Assembly: GCA_043228905.1 (NCBI GenBank)
Contig: JBHGNT010000006.1
Location: forward strand, 18,786,001-18,850,000
Direction of reading: 5' to 3'
From: Azolla caroliniana
Lineage: Eukaryota > Plantae > Polypodiophyta
DNA: 64,000 nucleotides
A program made the position numbers and the translations under genes. The notes under the pieces are model-generated. The model was not told the origin of the DNA. It made no database searches and saw nothing but the letters and a program-made list of their open reading frames with translations. Of the stretch, positions 50,814 to 64,000 are shown one piece after another (within the stretch, counting starts at the first letter, position 1; every line of letters starts with the position of its first letter).

Positions 50814-51118
50814 TCCTATAATATTCCTATTTACTAAAATAGGAATGTAGGCTCCTAACGACTCGTCAGCTCCCCGCCGATCCAACCTAGTCGATCGACC
50901 TACGTTTGATCCGGCCCATGTTGAGCTTGTCTCTCAATATTTTGCCATTTTATAGCCAAACCCCACGATAATTATACTTCTATATTTTGTAAAGCTTTCA
51001 TTTATTATAGAACTTATCTTCCTAGATAGTCTCATAAATCTTTTTGTGATCGTTGATTCAAGACATACCTTCATATAGTAAACATCATAAGAGTTGGTTG
51101 AAGATAGAGGTTGGCTAG
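50814..51118 (+). mobile_element. Possible small non-autonomous Helitron
   Basis: A|TCCTATAATA start and CTAG|T end; the 3' hairpin is not convincing. Confidence 0.25.
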
Positions 51119-52106
51119 TGAAGAAGGTTTTGGATACATGACACAATACCCAATGTGTAAAATGGTGTTATTGAGTTTTAAATGCAATATGACATTCTCA
51201 TATTCTAGCGTGGTGTATGAGAGTAGGTAGGTTGCCTTGGGCGATGACTTTAAAATGAAGACATATTTTGAATGTTACATGTTCTTTTGTATAATGATTA
51301 GGAAATTGGAAGACATAGGTTCATTACATGCCCAGTTGCTAAAGCGATTTGGGTTGTTATATATCTCAACTTTGGGCATCATTAACATACGGTATTTTGT
51401 CACTCTTTCAATGGGTTTTCATTGAGACATTAGAGCTCTACCCACCCCATCATATAAGGTTGTGTTTGACTATCTTAAGTATTGGGGGGGATGTGGGATA
51501 ATTGAAGCCTGAGAAATAGGTTCTCATTTGTTGGACTTCATGGGGGTACCACCACAACTCTGTAGGCTAAACGGACAGTTGATATTGGCCATTTTTCGCA
51601 ACTATGTTTGTGTGGGCACATTGCCCCCAAACGAGTTAGATTGATGATATTTAGTATTACAACACCTTAGAGGGTGGTTTAGCTTGGCCATATGGTTACT
51701 TGTGAAAGTAGCTAAGCTATACCAAAACAAAGGTTTTTGTATTGTTATATTGTTCTAATACAAACAATAGATGGTAGCATCAACCGGCTAACACAGGTAA
51801 GTCCAAAGAGGGCGACCTGCAAGGGCCGGTAACTTGGAATAACCAGAGGTCTTAACTCTGGTTAAAGCTATAGAGGATGTACCTTTTAACTCTTGATGGA
51901 TTACCATGGAAAACTCTCACTCTGTTCAGAAACCCTAATTTTCGTTTGCGCTTCTTTTAAATCAGTCTTTTCTTCGAGGGAAACCGCGATTCAGAACTTA
52001 GACAGCAGCAGAGGTAGAGGCAGAGACAGATATATTTGTCTCAGCTTCATTTGTTCTTACATTGATAACGGCAGTAAGTCAAAACGAGATCTTATCCTGA
52101 TGAAAA

Positions 52107-54303
52107 ATGGCTCATCAGAATAGCCTTGATTTTTCTCCTCTTGAGCAACATCATTTGGGCAATCATACTAGTATTGATTTGAACCTCTCACAGAAGAACT
52201 CCTCTCACATTGCTCCCAAAGACCCCAACGAAGTTGAGGAGGTGGGACATATGAACGCAGCCGACTCCGGATCGAATCCTCCGCAGGATAATATACAAGT
52301 TCAATCAGGTACATACATACAAAACAAACGTGCATACATTTATACAGACATACCTACATGCATAGCCTTGATTACTCAGTGGATATTAAGACTGGAGACT
52401 GACAGCAGTTGTATGTGGATGCTTTATTTCATGCGTATATGATGGTATAGAAAATAACATAGAAAATGGATTTCAACATTCAGGCAAAAGAATGTGCAAG
52501 TTCCATTGGGTATAGTGGGATGAAGTAAGTATGTGTTATTTTGCATGTGGATAGCTATTTTAGAAGCTCATCAAAGGTATGTTCTTGAGTGCAAAACCTA
52601 GGGGTTTATGGATATATAAAGAGTTAGCAATCCTCTTCCTCACTTTCCACCGTCTCTTGATTCTCCTCAGTTTCTCTCCATTCTAGTACCAATGGTTATC
52701 ATTAAGCCTTCTATTTTTTAGTCTAAATTTTAAATTTTGATCCTGACTACTTTTTATTTATATTCTGATCCTAACAAGGTGTGATTGTAACGACTGGAAA
52801 TGCCGATTATGATTTGAAGAATCCTTTGGAACTTGCAAATCAATCAAATCCCATCACACCCCAAATACCAAATGTTGACCCAGGTTTGTCTTACTTAAGT
52901 AGTGCTTCTTTGTATTTCCTCATTTGTTATTTATGCTTCCGTGAGAAGGTTGATATGAAAGTATCGAAGACTTAAATGAAATGTCAAGATGCTTGGAATA
53001 ATAGTGAAATTATGAGGTAGTACAACTAATTTATAGATATTATTTCAAAATTTATATCTCTATTATAATATTTTCTCTTTAAAAGTGAAACGTGATTGTT
53101 GAACTCTCTTCTGCTTCTTTAAGCATGTATAGTGTTATTACATGGATTGGGTTGGTGATGGAAAACTTTCTTTGTTCTAATCGTCTGAGAGTCCTTTCTA
53201 TGCATGGAATAATAGACAGGTATCAGATAATACCGAAATTTTAGAGAATTTTAGAGGACAGTTACTTATTTTGTTTGTTTCATCTTCTGTTTGTAAATAT
53301 TTCCAACTGGCAGCGTTCAAATTTTCAACAGGTACTTTAGTGAATGCCATCATGAAATAATAAAAAATGGTTACAAATTCTATATGAATTTTATGGAAAT
53401 TTTTATATATTTTTAGCGTGTACTTTTTGCTTTATGAATATTTCCAGCCTGAAATTTCAACGTTTGAACTTTTATTTTATTGATAAGGGTTCTGGTTTGA
53501 AATAGTAAATTATGGAAAGAACACCACAAAACATTGATGGGGATTTAGTGGAAACATAATTTGTCTCCAGATTATTTTACCTTTTATAAAATATTTCCAA
53601 CCTACAAGTTCAAAATTAACACTGGTTTAATGAGGGAGGAAAGCTTTATTAAGGAACATTGGGATGACTCTAAAAGATTACAACTATGTTTTCTTTACTA
53701 ATCTGCCAAGTTTATGTTTTCATGCGGAAACGAATAAGAAGCTATAAAAGGCTATAAAATGTTCCTTTTTATTTATATAAATGTTTTCATTAATAATGGT
53801 GAGGGTGTCTCGTTTTCAACAGAACAGTATGCAATTGCTTAAGTGTTCTATTTTGTTTTGTAGGTGAGATCACAACAAATGCTCACTCCGAGCGTCGAAC
53901 AACAAAGCGTGGGGCTGCATCTTCAGGCCGGAAAAGGAAGAGCTCTCAAATTTTAAAGCAGTCTCCTTCTCCATCTGAGACAAACAAGAAAGTTCTCCTT
54001 GCACTGGGAGTCAATGACGACGAGGTCATACCTAGATCTCCTAAGCAACAACTCTTGCATAAACCTAACCATCAAAGCAATCCATCCCTGAAAAGCAAGC
54101 AAAAAAACAATAATGCACCCGATATTGCAGAGCGTAAGGTGTTGTTAGATGAAAGGAAAATAAGGTTAGCTGAACAACGATTTGCTCTCGAAGAGAAAAA
54201 ACTCGATGCCACTATTGAGATTGGCAAGGGGTTAATTATCTCTATGGAAAGAATGACAGACACAATTTCTGCTCTGGGAAGTTTAGGAAGTTCCCGTCGA
54301 TAA
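52107..54303 (+). CDS. Uncharacterised 248-aa protein: disordered N-terminus, basic NLS-like motif, C-terminal coiled coil
   Basis: Exons 52107-52308, 52779-52883, 53864-54303 join in frame through GT-AG introns; GRKRKS motif; ERKVLLDERKIRLAEQRFALEEKKL; telo-box AAACCCTAA at ~51930. Confidence 0.72.
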
Positions 54304-55897
54304 CTTTGGGGCTTAAAAAATCTAGACACTAACATCAATAATTTTGAGTCTTAGAATAACTCTCAAGACCTGCTGTTGATAATTTCAATGCTTACAATTT
54401 ATCCTCGGAATCCAAAGTACATAATCTGAGACTTGATGTTTCCCCGAGGCAAAGCTTTCTTTGTACACTATAGAAGGATTAACTAGTCATTTGACTGCAA
54501 TCTGTGTTGTAACTTTGCATTGTTATAGAATTAACATATTTCTAGAAATATATCATTTTTTTCATCGGTTTTGAACATGTTCATTTACACTTTTGGTTGT
54601 TCGTAGCCTGTGTATCAGAACTTAATGCTAAAGGTTGAATTTTAATGTTTAAAAAACTTTCAAAGTTTAGCTTTTTGGTGGGGGCTAGTTTACTTCTATT
54701 TTTCTCAGGTCTTTGCTGCGGCACAAAAATGTGAATAATAGAAACAAGTTCTTACACATACTTGGAGTCATGATGTGGTTATGAGGAACCAATCATTGGG
54801 GTGTGATGTAAGGGTTCTCAGTAAGTGATTAGTTTTAGGTTACATTCAGCTCGTAAAGACCTTGTATATCAATGAGTGGCCCACTGCATTATGACTCACA
54901 AAAGCCTACTGGGACAATTATAACTGATGGAATTAGTAACCAGAGACTTTCATCTTATCTCTGAGCACATGCCATGTAAACGCATATACTCACTATTGAA
55001 GAGGTTGGTTGGGTGTTTTATAACCTATGATAAATAAGTAGGCATTTAACTTCGAAGAATATGAAACATAGCAACAAAAATGTGCAGTTGCTTATATTTA
55101 TTGTCTAAACATTCTATTTATCATTGCTTACCCACACAATCATCCGTTAGAAAAAGCTTTTCTACACTAAACAATTTCGAATTTAGGATTCCTAATGAAG
55201 TTTTACGTTTTAAGAAATTGGATGACTGCAAAAAATTCCAAAAAGAATAAAAGATGTTGATTTACCAAGAACTCATGCCAAATAGCTTAGCAAAAATTCT
55301 GCAATAAAGATGTAATATTGCAAGCCCTGGATTATACGTAAGATGTAATAATCCAAGCTCTACGTAGGATAATACAAGTACATACTATCGCTGCATAAAT
55401 ATTATCTCAAAAAAATCTAAACCCAATGCCAATAGAGAATCAGAAAATCTTCCTAGACACTTGGCCAAGTAATAACAATCAAAAAGTTATAGGCATGTAC
55501 TAAGGAGAAAGTTATTGGTAGGTTATCACTCTATCTGTGTACATTCATTCCTTCATTCATTCACAATTGGAGATCCATATTCAAAGCAATTCACACAATC
55601 AACTAAATTATAGAGCTAAATTCAATCAAAGAGACACCAGAATAAAATAATATAACATACATTGAAGTTTCCAGTTCAATCACAAATTGATCGAAGACAA
55701 AAAAAAAATGGTTTTTTCAAAAATGATGATGTCGTGGTCAGACATTTGGCCAGATAAGTCAGATATTTGCCGTTTCAATGGAGAGATGGTAAACTCATAT
55801 TAAATTAGACCCAAGCCAAAACTAAAAGTGAACTCTAATGAAGCATTAAGATGGAGATTGGATTCTACGCTAATTGAGGAACAAATTTCGCATAAAC

Positions 55898-57770
55898 TCA
55901 TTGGCTCTTGAGATACTCTTGCACAACGTTCAGACCCTCAGTCTCCTCACCATAATCCTGTTCAACAAGAAGAATTTAATAGGACTGTGCTAGTAAACGA
56001 ATTAAACTTGAAAAGAATTGATTGCATTGTATACCTTCACAACTACACATGAGCAACCAACAACCTTCCTTGCATTTCCTTCTGAATCAATCTTACAGAG
56101 CTGCATCAGCAAGGAAAAAAATCATAATCAATATACAAACCCTCCACAGTACATTGCACAAATCTAGTGCCACAATAACATCTCTACAATATAGATGACA
56201 CCATAATCAATCAATGCAACGAACCTGGAACTAGTATATTCCACATTCTCAAAATACAATAATCTCTCTAAAATGTATTCCACAATCTCAGAAAATGATA
56301 ACATCTGTACTGTATATCCCAAAACATAAGAACAGACTTCCTATACCTGAAAAGCCACACTCTATGAATGAAGCTAGTTCTAAAAAGTACCAATCACTAT
56401 ATTCTCATAGTACTAAAACAAATTAATCAAAATATCAAACAAATGAAATACTAATAGAAGCGCTTTCAAATGGAAGTATATACATATACCAGCCCCTCAA
56501 AACCTTCAAAACAGCAGTTCTTAAGAAAAGGATAAAAAGGAACCACTTACACCAGACCATTCACCGAGCTTCTTGGCACTGGGGACAGAGATAAGGTTAA
56601 CATTGTGTTCAGAGCAAAGAGCTTGAACAAGTTTCGTGTAGTCGGGTTGGTTGCAATCTTCAGCCAAGACACATAGCTGAGCCGCATGCTTTTCAATAGC
56701 TTTCGCTCCTTCGTGGAGACCTCGTGCAAGACCATCATGTGCAAGAGCCTTTTTTAACACAAGCTGAAGCCCAGTTAGAATATCCATGGGTTCACCAAGG
56801 GCTGGGGTTGATGATGTTGCCGGTGCATCGGCCAGCACATCTTCTGCTCTGTAGAACATAATAAGGGACAGAGACAAATCACTCATGTCAATCCATCATT
56901 ACCTTGTATCAATAGAACCACTCTCTGAGATAGCCTAGTTTTCGCGCACATTACAATTTTGTAAATTCATCAAATAGTTGATTTCCACTCAGTTCAAAAC
57001 ACAAGTTTCAAAACAATTCGCCATCATCATAAGTCTTCACCACCAAGATAAGTAAGGGCATAATGTTTTAAAGCTTCATGAGATAATTTCACTTCTCATG
57101 CAATAGATTTGAACTTCCATTGAATTGTCTCACTTATCAGGAAGCTTTCATTTTCATGGATTTATCTCACTTTTAATTAGTTATGAATCACGACTTTCTG
57201 GCTTAGCTCAATTCCGACAGATTTTCTCTTTGGCACCATTGTGACCATTCACCCTAATTTGGCAAATTTCATGGCTTTATTCATGCGTCTTATATATATT
57301 ACAAAACAATTTCGATGAGATGTTGTGCAGATGGGTTTATTGCGCTTTTCATACCTACCAAGCAACAACTTCCTACTCATTTCAGTGTTTCTGATACTAT
57401 ACGTTGCATTTTTCATGGATTTTATCTGAGGCGTTGCAAATTCATTTCTTTATCTCAATCATCAAATACATCAAGCTTTTACATTCCTGAGAGGCTCTCT
57501 ATGTCTCCCCAACAGACAAACAAGATTATCAAAATTCGAAACCGTATATCCCTTTTCATAACTACGAAGCAAAAGTGTCTATTCTCAATAGTTTACAGTG
57601 ACGGTCCTCTCTGAGTACACCTCAGAGATGAAGAAACGATATGAAAATTCTGCTCAATCCCGGATTCAAATCAAACAACAATGCTTCAATATCCAGGGGA
57701 AACTCTGTCCAGAAGAGGAGAGATGAAAAGAGAAAAAGAGGGAGATGGGGAGGGCTTACACGTCGGCCAT
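55898..57770 (-). CDS. RPS12: 40S ribosomal protein S12 (eS12), 144 aa
   Basis: Exons 57770-57760 (ATGGCCGACGT|gtaagc), 56848-56551, 56100-56035, 55957-55898; [50 protein letters not shown]; probable 5' UTR intron 57811-57892. Confidence 0.96.
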
Positions 57771-58000
57771 AACTTTGTTGGACGCAAACGGAACGAAACG
57801 GGGACCGAAGCTGCAAAACGGGAAGAGGAACCGGAGACTGGATCAGAGAAAGCGGCGGAGAGAAATGGGGAAGGAAGAGAAAAAGGCTTTACCTGAGAAA
57901 AAGGATGTGCCCAACGACGAAGAAGCAGAAGCAGAAGCAGAAGCAGCAGGAAGAGGAGGTCAGAAGAGCCCTCCAAACCTTTTTAGGGTTTATAGGCTTT

Positions 58001-58204
58001 CTTCTTCTTCTTCTTCTTCTTCTTCTTCTTTCTTCTTCTCTTCACTTGTTGTTCCCTGCGTTTTCTGTAGTTTTCACACACACATTATACCACAAATGTG
58101 TTTGTTCACTATTCCCACTAATCTGTTTCCCACTATTCCCATGTATGTATGTGTATGTATGTATGTATGTATGTATGTATCATGTATGTATGTGTGTGTG
58201 TGTG
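58001..58204. repeat. (CTT)n, (TATG)n and (GT)n microsatellite cluster upstream of RPS12
   Basis: Seen directly. Confidence 0.9.
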
Positions 58205-58212
58205 GCTCGTGA

Positions 58213-58964
58213 CTAACTGCTACCAAATATTAAAGAGGGCAAGTGAGGGAATCGCGGAGAGGGACGGTGCAGGTCACATCGCTGATGGCGTGTTCGATCT
58301 CCACCGTCCACGATGGATAAAAAGCTGACAACGTCTGTCAGAAGGAGCCCGACTCTGCGAAAAGGAGCCCGACTCTGCCACAGGGAGCCCGACTCTGTCA
58401 AAAAGGAGCCCCGCTGTCAGACAGCCTATGCAAGAGGGAGCCCGACTCTGTCAGAAGGAGCCCCGCTGTCAGATCACATCAGTAAGAAGGAGCCCGACTC
58501 TGTCAAAAGGAGCCCGACTCTGTCAAAAGGAGCCCGACTCTGTAGCAACAAACCCTAAACCCTCAAACCCACGAATGACAGAAAATTACAGAAAATGACA
58601 GAAAATGGGTTTTTATACTTCCTTGAACATGAATGAGAAGGGCTCCCTTTTGACAAAATGGAGCCATTCTTTAATGAGTCGGGCTCCAAGGGAGCCCTTC
58701 TTTAATGAGTCGGGCTCCATTTTGCCTGAATGGGTTTTTATACTTCCCTGAACATGAATGAGAAGGGCTCCCTTTCACAAAGTGGAGCCCTTCTTTAATG
58801 AGTCGGGCTCCATTTTGTATGAGCCGGGCTCCCTTTTTACGTGGCATGCTTTTTCGCGCCTATTCCACATCCATCTTGGATGGTGGAGATCGAAGCGGTG
58901 CGACCTGCACCGTCCCTCTCCGCGATTCCCTCACTTGGCCTCTTTAATATTTGGTAGTAGTTAG
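58213..58964. mobile_element. Non-autonomous long-TIR (foldback) DNA element
   Basis: ~100-bp TIRs starting CTAACT(G/A)CTACCAAATATTAAAGAGG; ~20-bp GGAGCCCGACTCTGTC repeats in the left arm, inverted (GAGTCGGGCTCC) in the right arm; GT repeats on both flanks. Confidence 0.88.
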
Positions 58965-61221
58965 ACACCACGGTGTGTGTGTATGCATGCATGTACTGTG
59001 TACATTTGTATGTGTGTATATGTCCAACCACATGTGTCCCATCAACTGTTCCACTGGTCGAACGAGCAACTCCTCAATCAGGATGAACCCCATGCCCAAC
59101 CGAACCGTTCCCTGAATTTGGAATTGTTGAAAGAAGCCAAACAATTACTACACCGTGGTCTTGTGCTTCAGTTTCAAACCAAATAGTTACTCTAATTGAT
59201 GCCTATAACTATCTATCCCACAATCCGTATGCATTCACTTACTTATGTTCTCTCATCCTAGCCTAATGAAGCATTGGGTACGCGCTTTCTCTTGTAAATA
59301 GGTTCGATGGATTAGCCATGCCTCCTCATCATATATAGTTCACACTTCTGTATACGTGCTTGAATTCATGCAACATCGATTTTTTATGCGAACTTGCACA
59401 GGCTAACAAATGTGTGATGCATGAACAATTATGATTGGAAATTCTTGGGTCTCTAAATGATCCTTATGGAGGAACCCTTACGTTTTCAGGGCTTTGGATT
59501 CTCACCAATGTTTGCGTTACTCAAGCCAACATTCTCACTTCCATTGTGCTTTTACCTATTCCTACCCTTTTTTCTCTTTCATTTTATTTCTATGCGATAA
59601 TTAGGATAATTTTTAACTATTCTATACAAGATGCAAGAGAATAAGTACCTCAAGTAAGTAGAGCAATTTCTATACAAACATTTGTAAAACCGGACAATGC
59701 ATTCCTAATGGTTATTATAGAGAAAAATGTGCATACCCTCCACCCACCTTTATTATTAACTTGTTATATTCCAAGTAATAAGAACGAGCTCTCAAACTAA
59801 TTGAATGTGATACTTCAATATAAAAAGATTAAAGATTGGCTCCAATGCAATTAGAAAAAGTTTGATACAAAATTATCTTCATCATTAATAGTTACTCAAT
59901 GGCATATATTATATATTTATTTATTTATTCCAAAAAATGGCATATATTATATTGATGCATGTGCATATGGCAATGCATAAATTATTTCTCTCATACAGTA
60001 CATGTAGAATTGCTCAACACTTCTGCAAGTTACCAAGCTTTGCAAAAGGCAAATAGTTTGCAATGAAGAAAAAGCACTTGCATGTCAATCTTTCTTGTTT
60101 TCACGCTCTATATGCAAATGGCAAATAATTTGCAATGGAGAATAAGTGCATGCATATGAATCTTTCTTGTTTTCATGCTCTACATTCCCCAATTTTCAAT
60201 AGATCAAAAGACAAGGCCACAGTAGTAGTGAAGAAAAACTTGGTAATCATGAATTTATAAAAACTTAACCTTTTGTTTAACATACTGGAAACTGTGAAGG
60301 GAATACCAATACAGCATAATCACTACAAAACCAAGGATTGTAGATGCTAGTATCAAAATCGAGAACTTATTTACAATTTCTCCTTCCCAGTTTTTCTAAA
60401 CGTATCACTGATTAATATTTATTTTTAAACTGAACATTTCTAAAGTTTTAAAAGCCATCAACACCACACCCCTACTGTCATACAAACCAATCTTGGTGGA
60501 TGCATCCTCACTGCGAAATGAATAAAATGGTGCATTTCGTAGCCACAACTAAAACTTTTCTTTTTTTTCTCAATCCAATCTGTGTAAGTGAGTGAAGAGA
60601 TCATATGTATAAAACGAGAAAAAAACCACAGATCAAAGTTTGCCACTTTTCCTCGCATATCTTGTACAGATCTTGACAAAAACCAACCATATAGCCTTTC
60701 TTTTTTCAATATAAATTATACATGTATCTTTAAAGGATTCACAGTCTCCATGGGAACACCTTCAGAACATTCATATTCCATTTCGACGGAGAAGATAATT
60801 ATGTCATGAAGAAGAAGAAAAAGCTACTGGGTGATTTATAAACATATCATATCAATATGTTCTCAACTGATGAGACAAATGTGTGTACAAGTTATGTTAT
60901 TGTTAACATATAGAATTCTAGCTGAGCCAATTGTTATATCATGTCATAAGAAATACCATCTGCTGCTTCTATGTAGGTCAAAAGCATCAAATACAATTTT
61001 TTTCTTCATACTTTCTTTTATAAACTGGCTTAAGATGCAAACCACAGGTTATAAGGTATAGTAAACAATTACACATATACGTATGTATGGATTATGCCAA
61101 TAGAGAAAAGGTATAAGGAAGGTTCTCAAAAGAAAGTTCATGCATTAGTTAACATACATATGTATATATTATGAAGGAAGTGGGTGTTATTATCAGCTTT
61201 CATGGCTAATGCTTTCTACTT

Positions 61222-63620
61222 TCATATGAATATGGCAATAGTAAATACATGGAACACAAGATAGACCAACAGAATTACCAGAATCGCTCCAAGTAAAGAG
61301 AGAAGCGAGACAAGACCTTTTCTCATAAGGTAGTAAGGATTTATGGAATCCTCGGTTGAGAAAAACTGCGAAGCTTTTTTACCAAATCTTGAAACCCTCT
61401 CATTGAATCTTGAGCTAACACGATCTTCTATTCGCTTCAACCTTGTGCCGATTGAGCTCGACTTTGCTTTGCTTACAAATGTTGTGAGCTTCGATCTCCA
61501 TGAGCTCTTCAAATGTTTGGTGTCTAATTCGTCATGATGCAAACACGTTAATAAGTTGGCTTCACAATCTTCAGTTGTGGATTCCTCGTTTAATCCATTC
61601 GATTCTCCTTTGATTTTATAAGGTTCTCCACTGATCCCATAAGACTCTTCATTGATTCCACAAGATCTAAATCGAGTAGTTACTTCGTCGGTCTCATCCT
61701 TTAGGCTGGTCGAAGCATTGCCGTTGGTTGTGACGGAATCCTCTTTCAATGAGTAGTATACCTGTGGAGGTGCTTCCCCATGTAGCGAAACTGAGTAGGA
61801 TGACCTATGTTTGGAAAGGAAACTTGTTGTGGACGATTGATTCCTACAACCACCTATGGAAAAAGGAAGATTTCTTTCTCAGAATAATATTACTGGAAAG
61901 ACCTCCGAAAAATCAAACAGTCAGATTGGCAACAGTACCTGAAGATGGATGGGCCATATTCTGGCCGTAAATGTAAGGAGGTCTGCTTACCAAATCCTCT
62001 TCCAATTCCAACTGTATTAAAATCAAAATGGTCTATTTTTAGCAATATTCCAAATCTCCAAATGAAAGATCATTCAAAAGAAAGAAATGAATTCCATTCA
62101 ATATCAATAAGAAAAAACAAACAAGCGAAAGAAAATAACGGACTCCATTCAAAAGTGAACACCATCACCAAACAGAAGATCAGGCAAGAAAAGAGGAAGA
62201 ATGCCAGATCTCCAAAGAAAAGATCAAGCAAGAGAGACTCTTATAACAGGATTCCAGTCAAAAGTGAACATCTCCAAACAGAAGACCAAGCAAAAAGAGA
62301 GGAAGAATGCCATATCAAAATATCATATCTTCAAAGAAAAGATCAAGCAAGAGAAAAACTCTTTATTCGAGATAAAAAATCAGACATCAGAGAAAAATTT
62401 AAGTAAAAGAAAAGAAAAGGACTTCATTCAAAACCAATGACCGTATCTCCAAACAGAGCATTGGGACTAAGAAAAGAAGAGGGAAACATTGAATACTTTT
62501 CAAAGATCCAACAAATGAGAAAAAGTGTCGTTAAAGATCCAATATTTCTCAATCAAAACAAAAGAACGAGGACAGATTTATGACATATGCAAAATTCTCA
62601 CTACCTTAACATTTCCATCAGGCACATCATTCTCCTTTGTTTGTCCATAAGACGCCACTGGAACTTGCAGCCGCATCCGGCGAGAGGTCGTGCCTTGTAT
62701 CGATGTAGCAGCAGCTTCTGCCTTCTGTATAGATAGAACATTTTCTGCTAGCCATTCATCATTCCCATAACTAAGGAAAGGTTGGGGTTGGAATAGATCA
62801 AAATTTTGCATTGGTAACCTAGGCATAAACCCATCTGAAGGTGATTTGATATCAAACATCTCAATATAGTCACCATCCGTTTTGCCACAAACACCCATCC
62901 CACCATCGTTGTTCTTCAATATGCTTAACATTCCAGCTTCATATAAATCTGGGTGAAGAAATTCGTGAAGGTCATTGCCATCAAGGTGGGTAAGAGGGTC
63001 TTGAAGAGCATTATCCCCGGGTGGAAAAATCATGTTATCCTCATAAGGTTTAGTCACATCATGTGAGTTACCATCTTCAGGAAACATCAGTTTAATGATA
63101 GCATCCATATCTAGATCATGATCAATTGGCCCATGATCACCATATCCCTTGCTTGGATCTACGAAAGTAGTAGAGCTATCTCCATTATCTCTAGGTTCTG
63201 GAAGCTTCTCCTCTATTTCCTCTATCGAAGAGCCAAAGATTTGTTCTATTTCACTATCCTCTGAAGTGACTGGAGCACCATACTGTTCTCCATTTCTTGG
63301 TCCAGGTCCACTTTTCTTCCTTATTCGGCACAGTGTGGGCGCAAAACCTGTATCACCTTTTTTCTCCACATCTTCAATGAGCTTGTATTCATGCATCAAC
63401 CAATCAGTGCGAATACCGGTAGGAGCTCTACCCTCATAATATATCAAAGTTTTTTTAACTCCAACTGTTTGAGACCCAGTGCATACTTTCCTATCCTTCC
63501 CTGTGGCTTTCCAATATCCTTTATTTGTTGTCCGGTTTATACGTGCTGTTCGAGAGTGCTTCTGGTCTCGAGCATTGAAAAAGTACCAAACTGGATCTTT
63601 GCTATCAAGTACGGACATCC
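61222..63620 (-). CDS. Membrane-tethered NAC transcription factor (ANAC013/016/017/053/078-like); first exon lies outside the window
   Basis: Exons 63620-62605, 62011-61939, 61853-61222; WYFF, GYWKATGKDR, KKTL, TDWLMHEY, KKSGPGPRNGEQYGAP and QGTTSRRMRLQ motifs; C-terminal hydrophobic helix LVSLLSLLGAILVILLVYLVF. Confidence 0.92.
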
Positions 63621-64000
63621 CTGAGAAACAAAAAAGAGATTATGAGATTTTTACACTGTTTGAGATCAATGTTATGGATTCACTTCCCATAATCAACAAT
63701 ATAACAACGCATAGAGATTATTCACAAGAAAACAATCTGACATCTTTGAGCTATAGCGACCAATGTTTCTACCATTCCCTTCATAAAGTCAGCAAAAACA
63801 AGGATAAGAGACCATTCAGAAGAAACAAACATTTCTGTTCCTTTCGCAATTTTCTACATTTTGCTTCATAACAATGAAGGAGTTCAGATTATTCATAAGA
63901 AAAAGATTCTAACATTCCTGAGTTACAATGACCAATGGCATTAAGCATCCATTCATTTCATTAAATCAACTAATAGACATCATTAGAAAGAAAAGCATTT

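Noticed and set aside
56849-57759. Intronic C/D box snoRNA in RPS12 (TGATGA and CTGA motifs on the minus strand)
   Set aside because: No terminal stem or recognisable rRNA-complementary guide; such motifs are expected by chance in AT-rich introns. A snoscan or Rfam search would settle it.
61945-62440. Lys-rich plus-strand ORFs
   Set aside because: Antisense reading of a T/C-rich NAC intron with degenerate repeats; no domain signal.

Overview
Eukaryotic land-plant genomic DNA. The retroelement types suggest a non-seed plant such as a moss, but this is an inference. About two thirds of the window is nested, mostly decayed transposable elements: four Ty1/copia elements plus one solo LTR, two non-chromovirus and two chromovirus-type Ty3/gypsy elements, an RTEX-like LINE, an L1 LINE, a hAT MITE, a CACTA end and a long-TIR foldback element. 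Four intron-containing host genes can be spliced by hand: a class III peroxidase (-, 24240-26654), an uncharacterised 248-aa NLS/coiled-coil protein (+, 52107-54303), 40S ribosomal protein S12 (-, 55898-57770) and a membrane-anchored NAC transcription factor (-, 61222 to beyond 64000). The most notable observations are: (1) a chromovirus with a Tf1-type tRNA-independent self-priming structure and a tRNA-derived Pol III box A/B module apparently inside its LTR; (2) a ~5.2-kb inversion with 5-bp inverted microhomology that splits one L1 in two; (3) a foldback element inserted in a GT microsatellite just upstream of RPS12; (4) an extra ORF 3' of a gypsy pol. There is no CRISPR array or prokaryotic system. 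All coordinates were read by eye and no database search was run.
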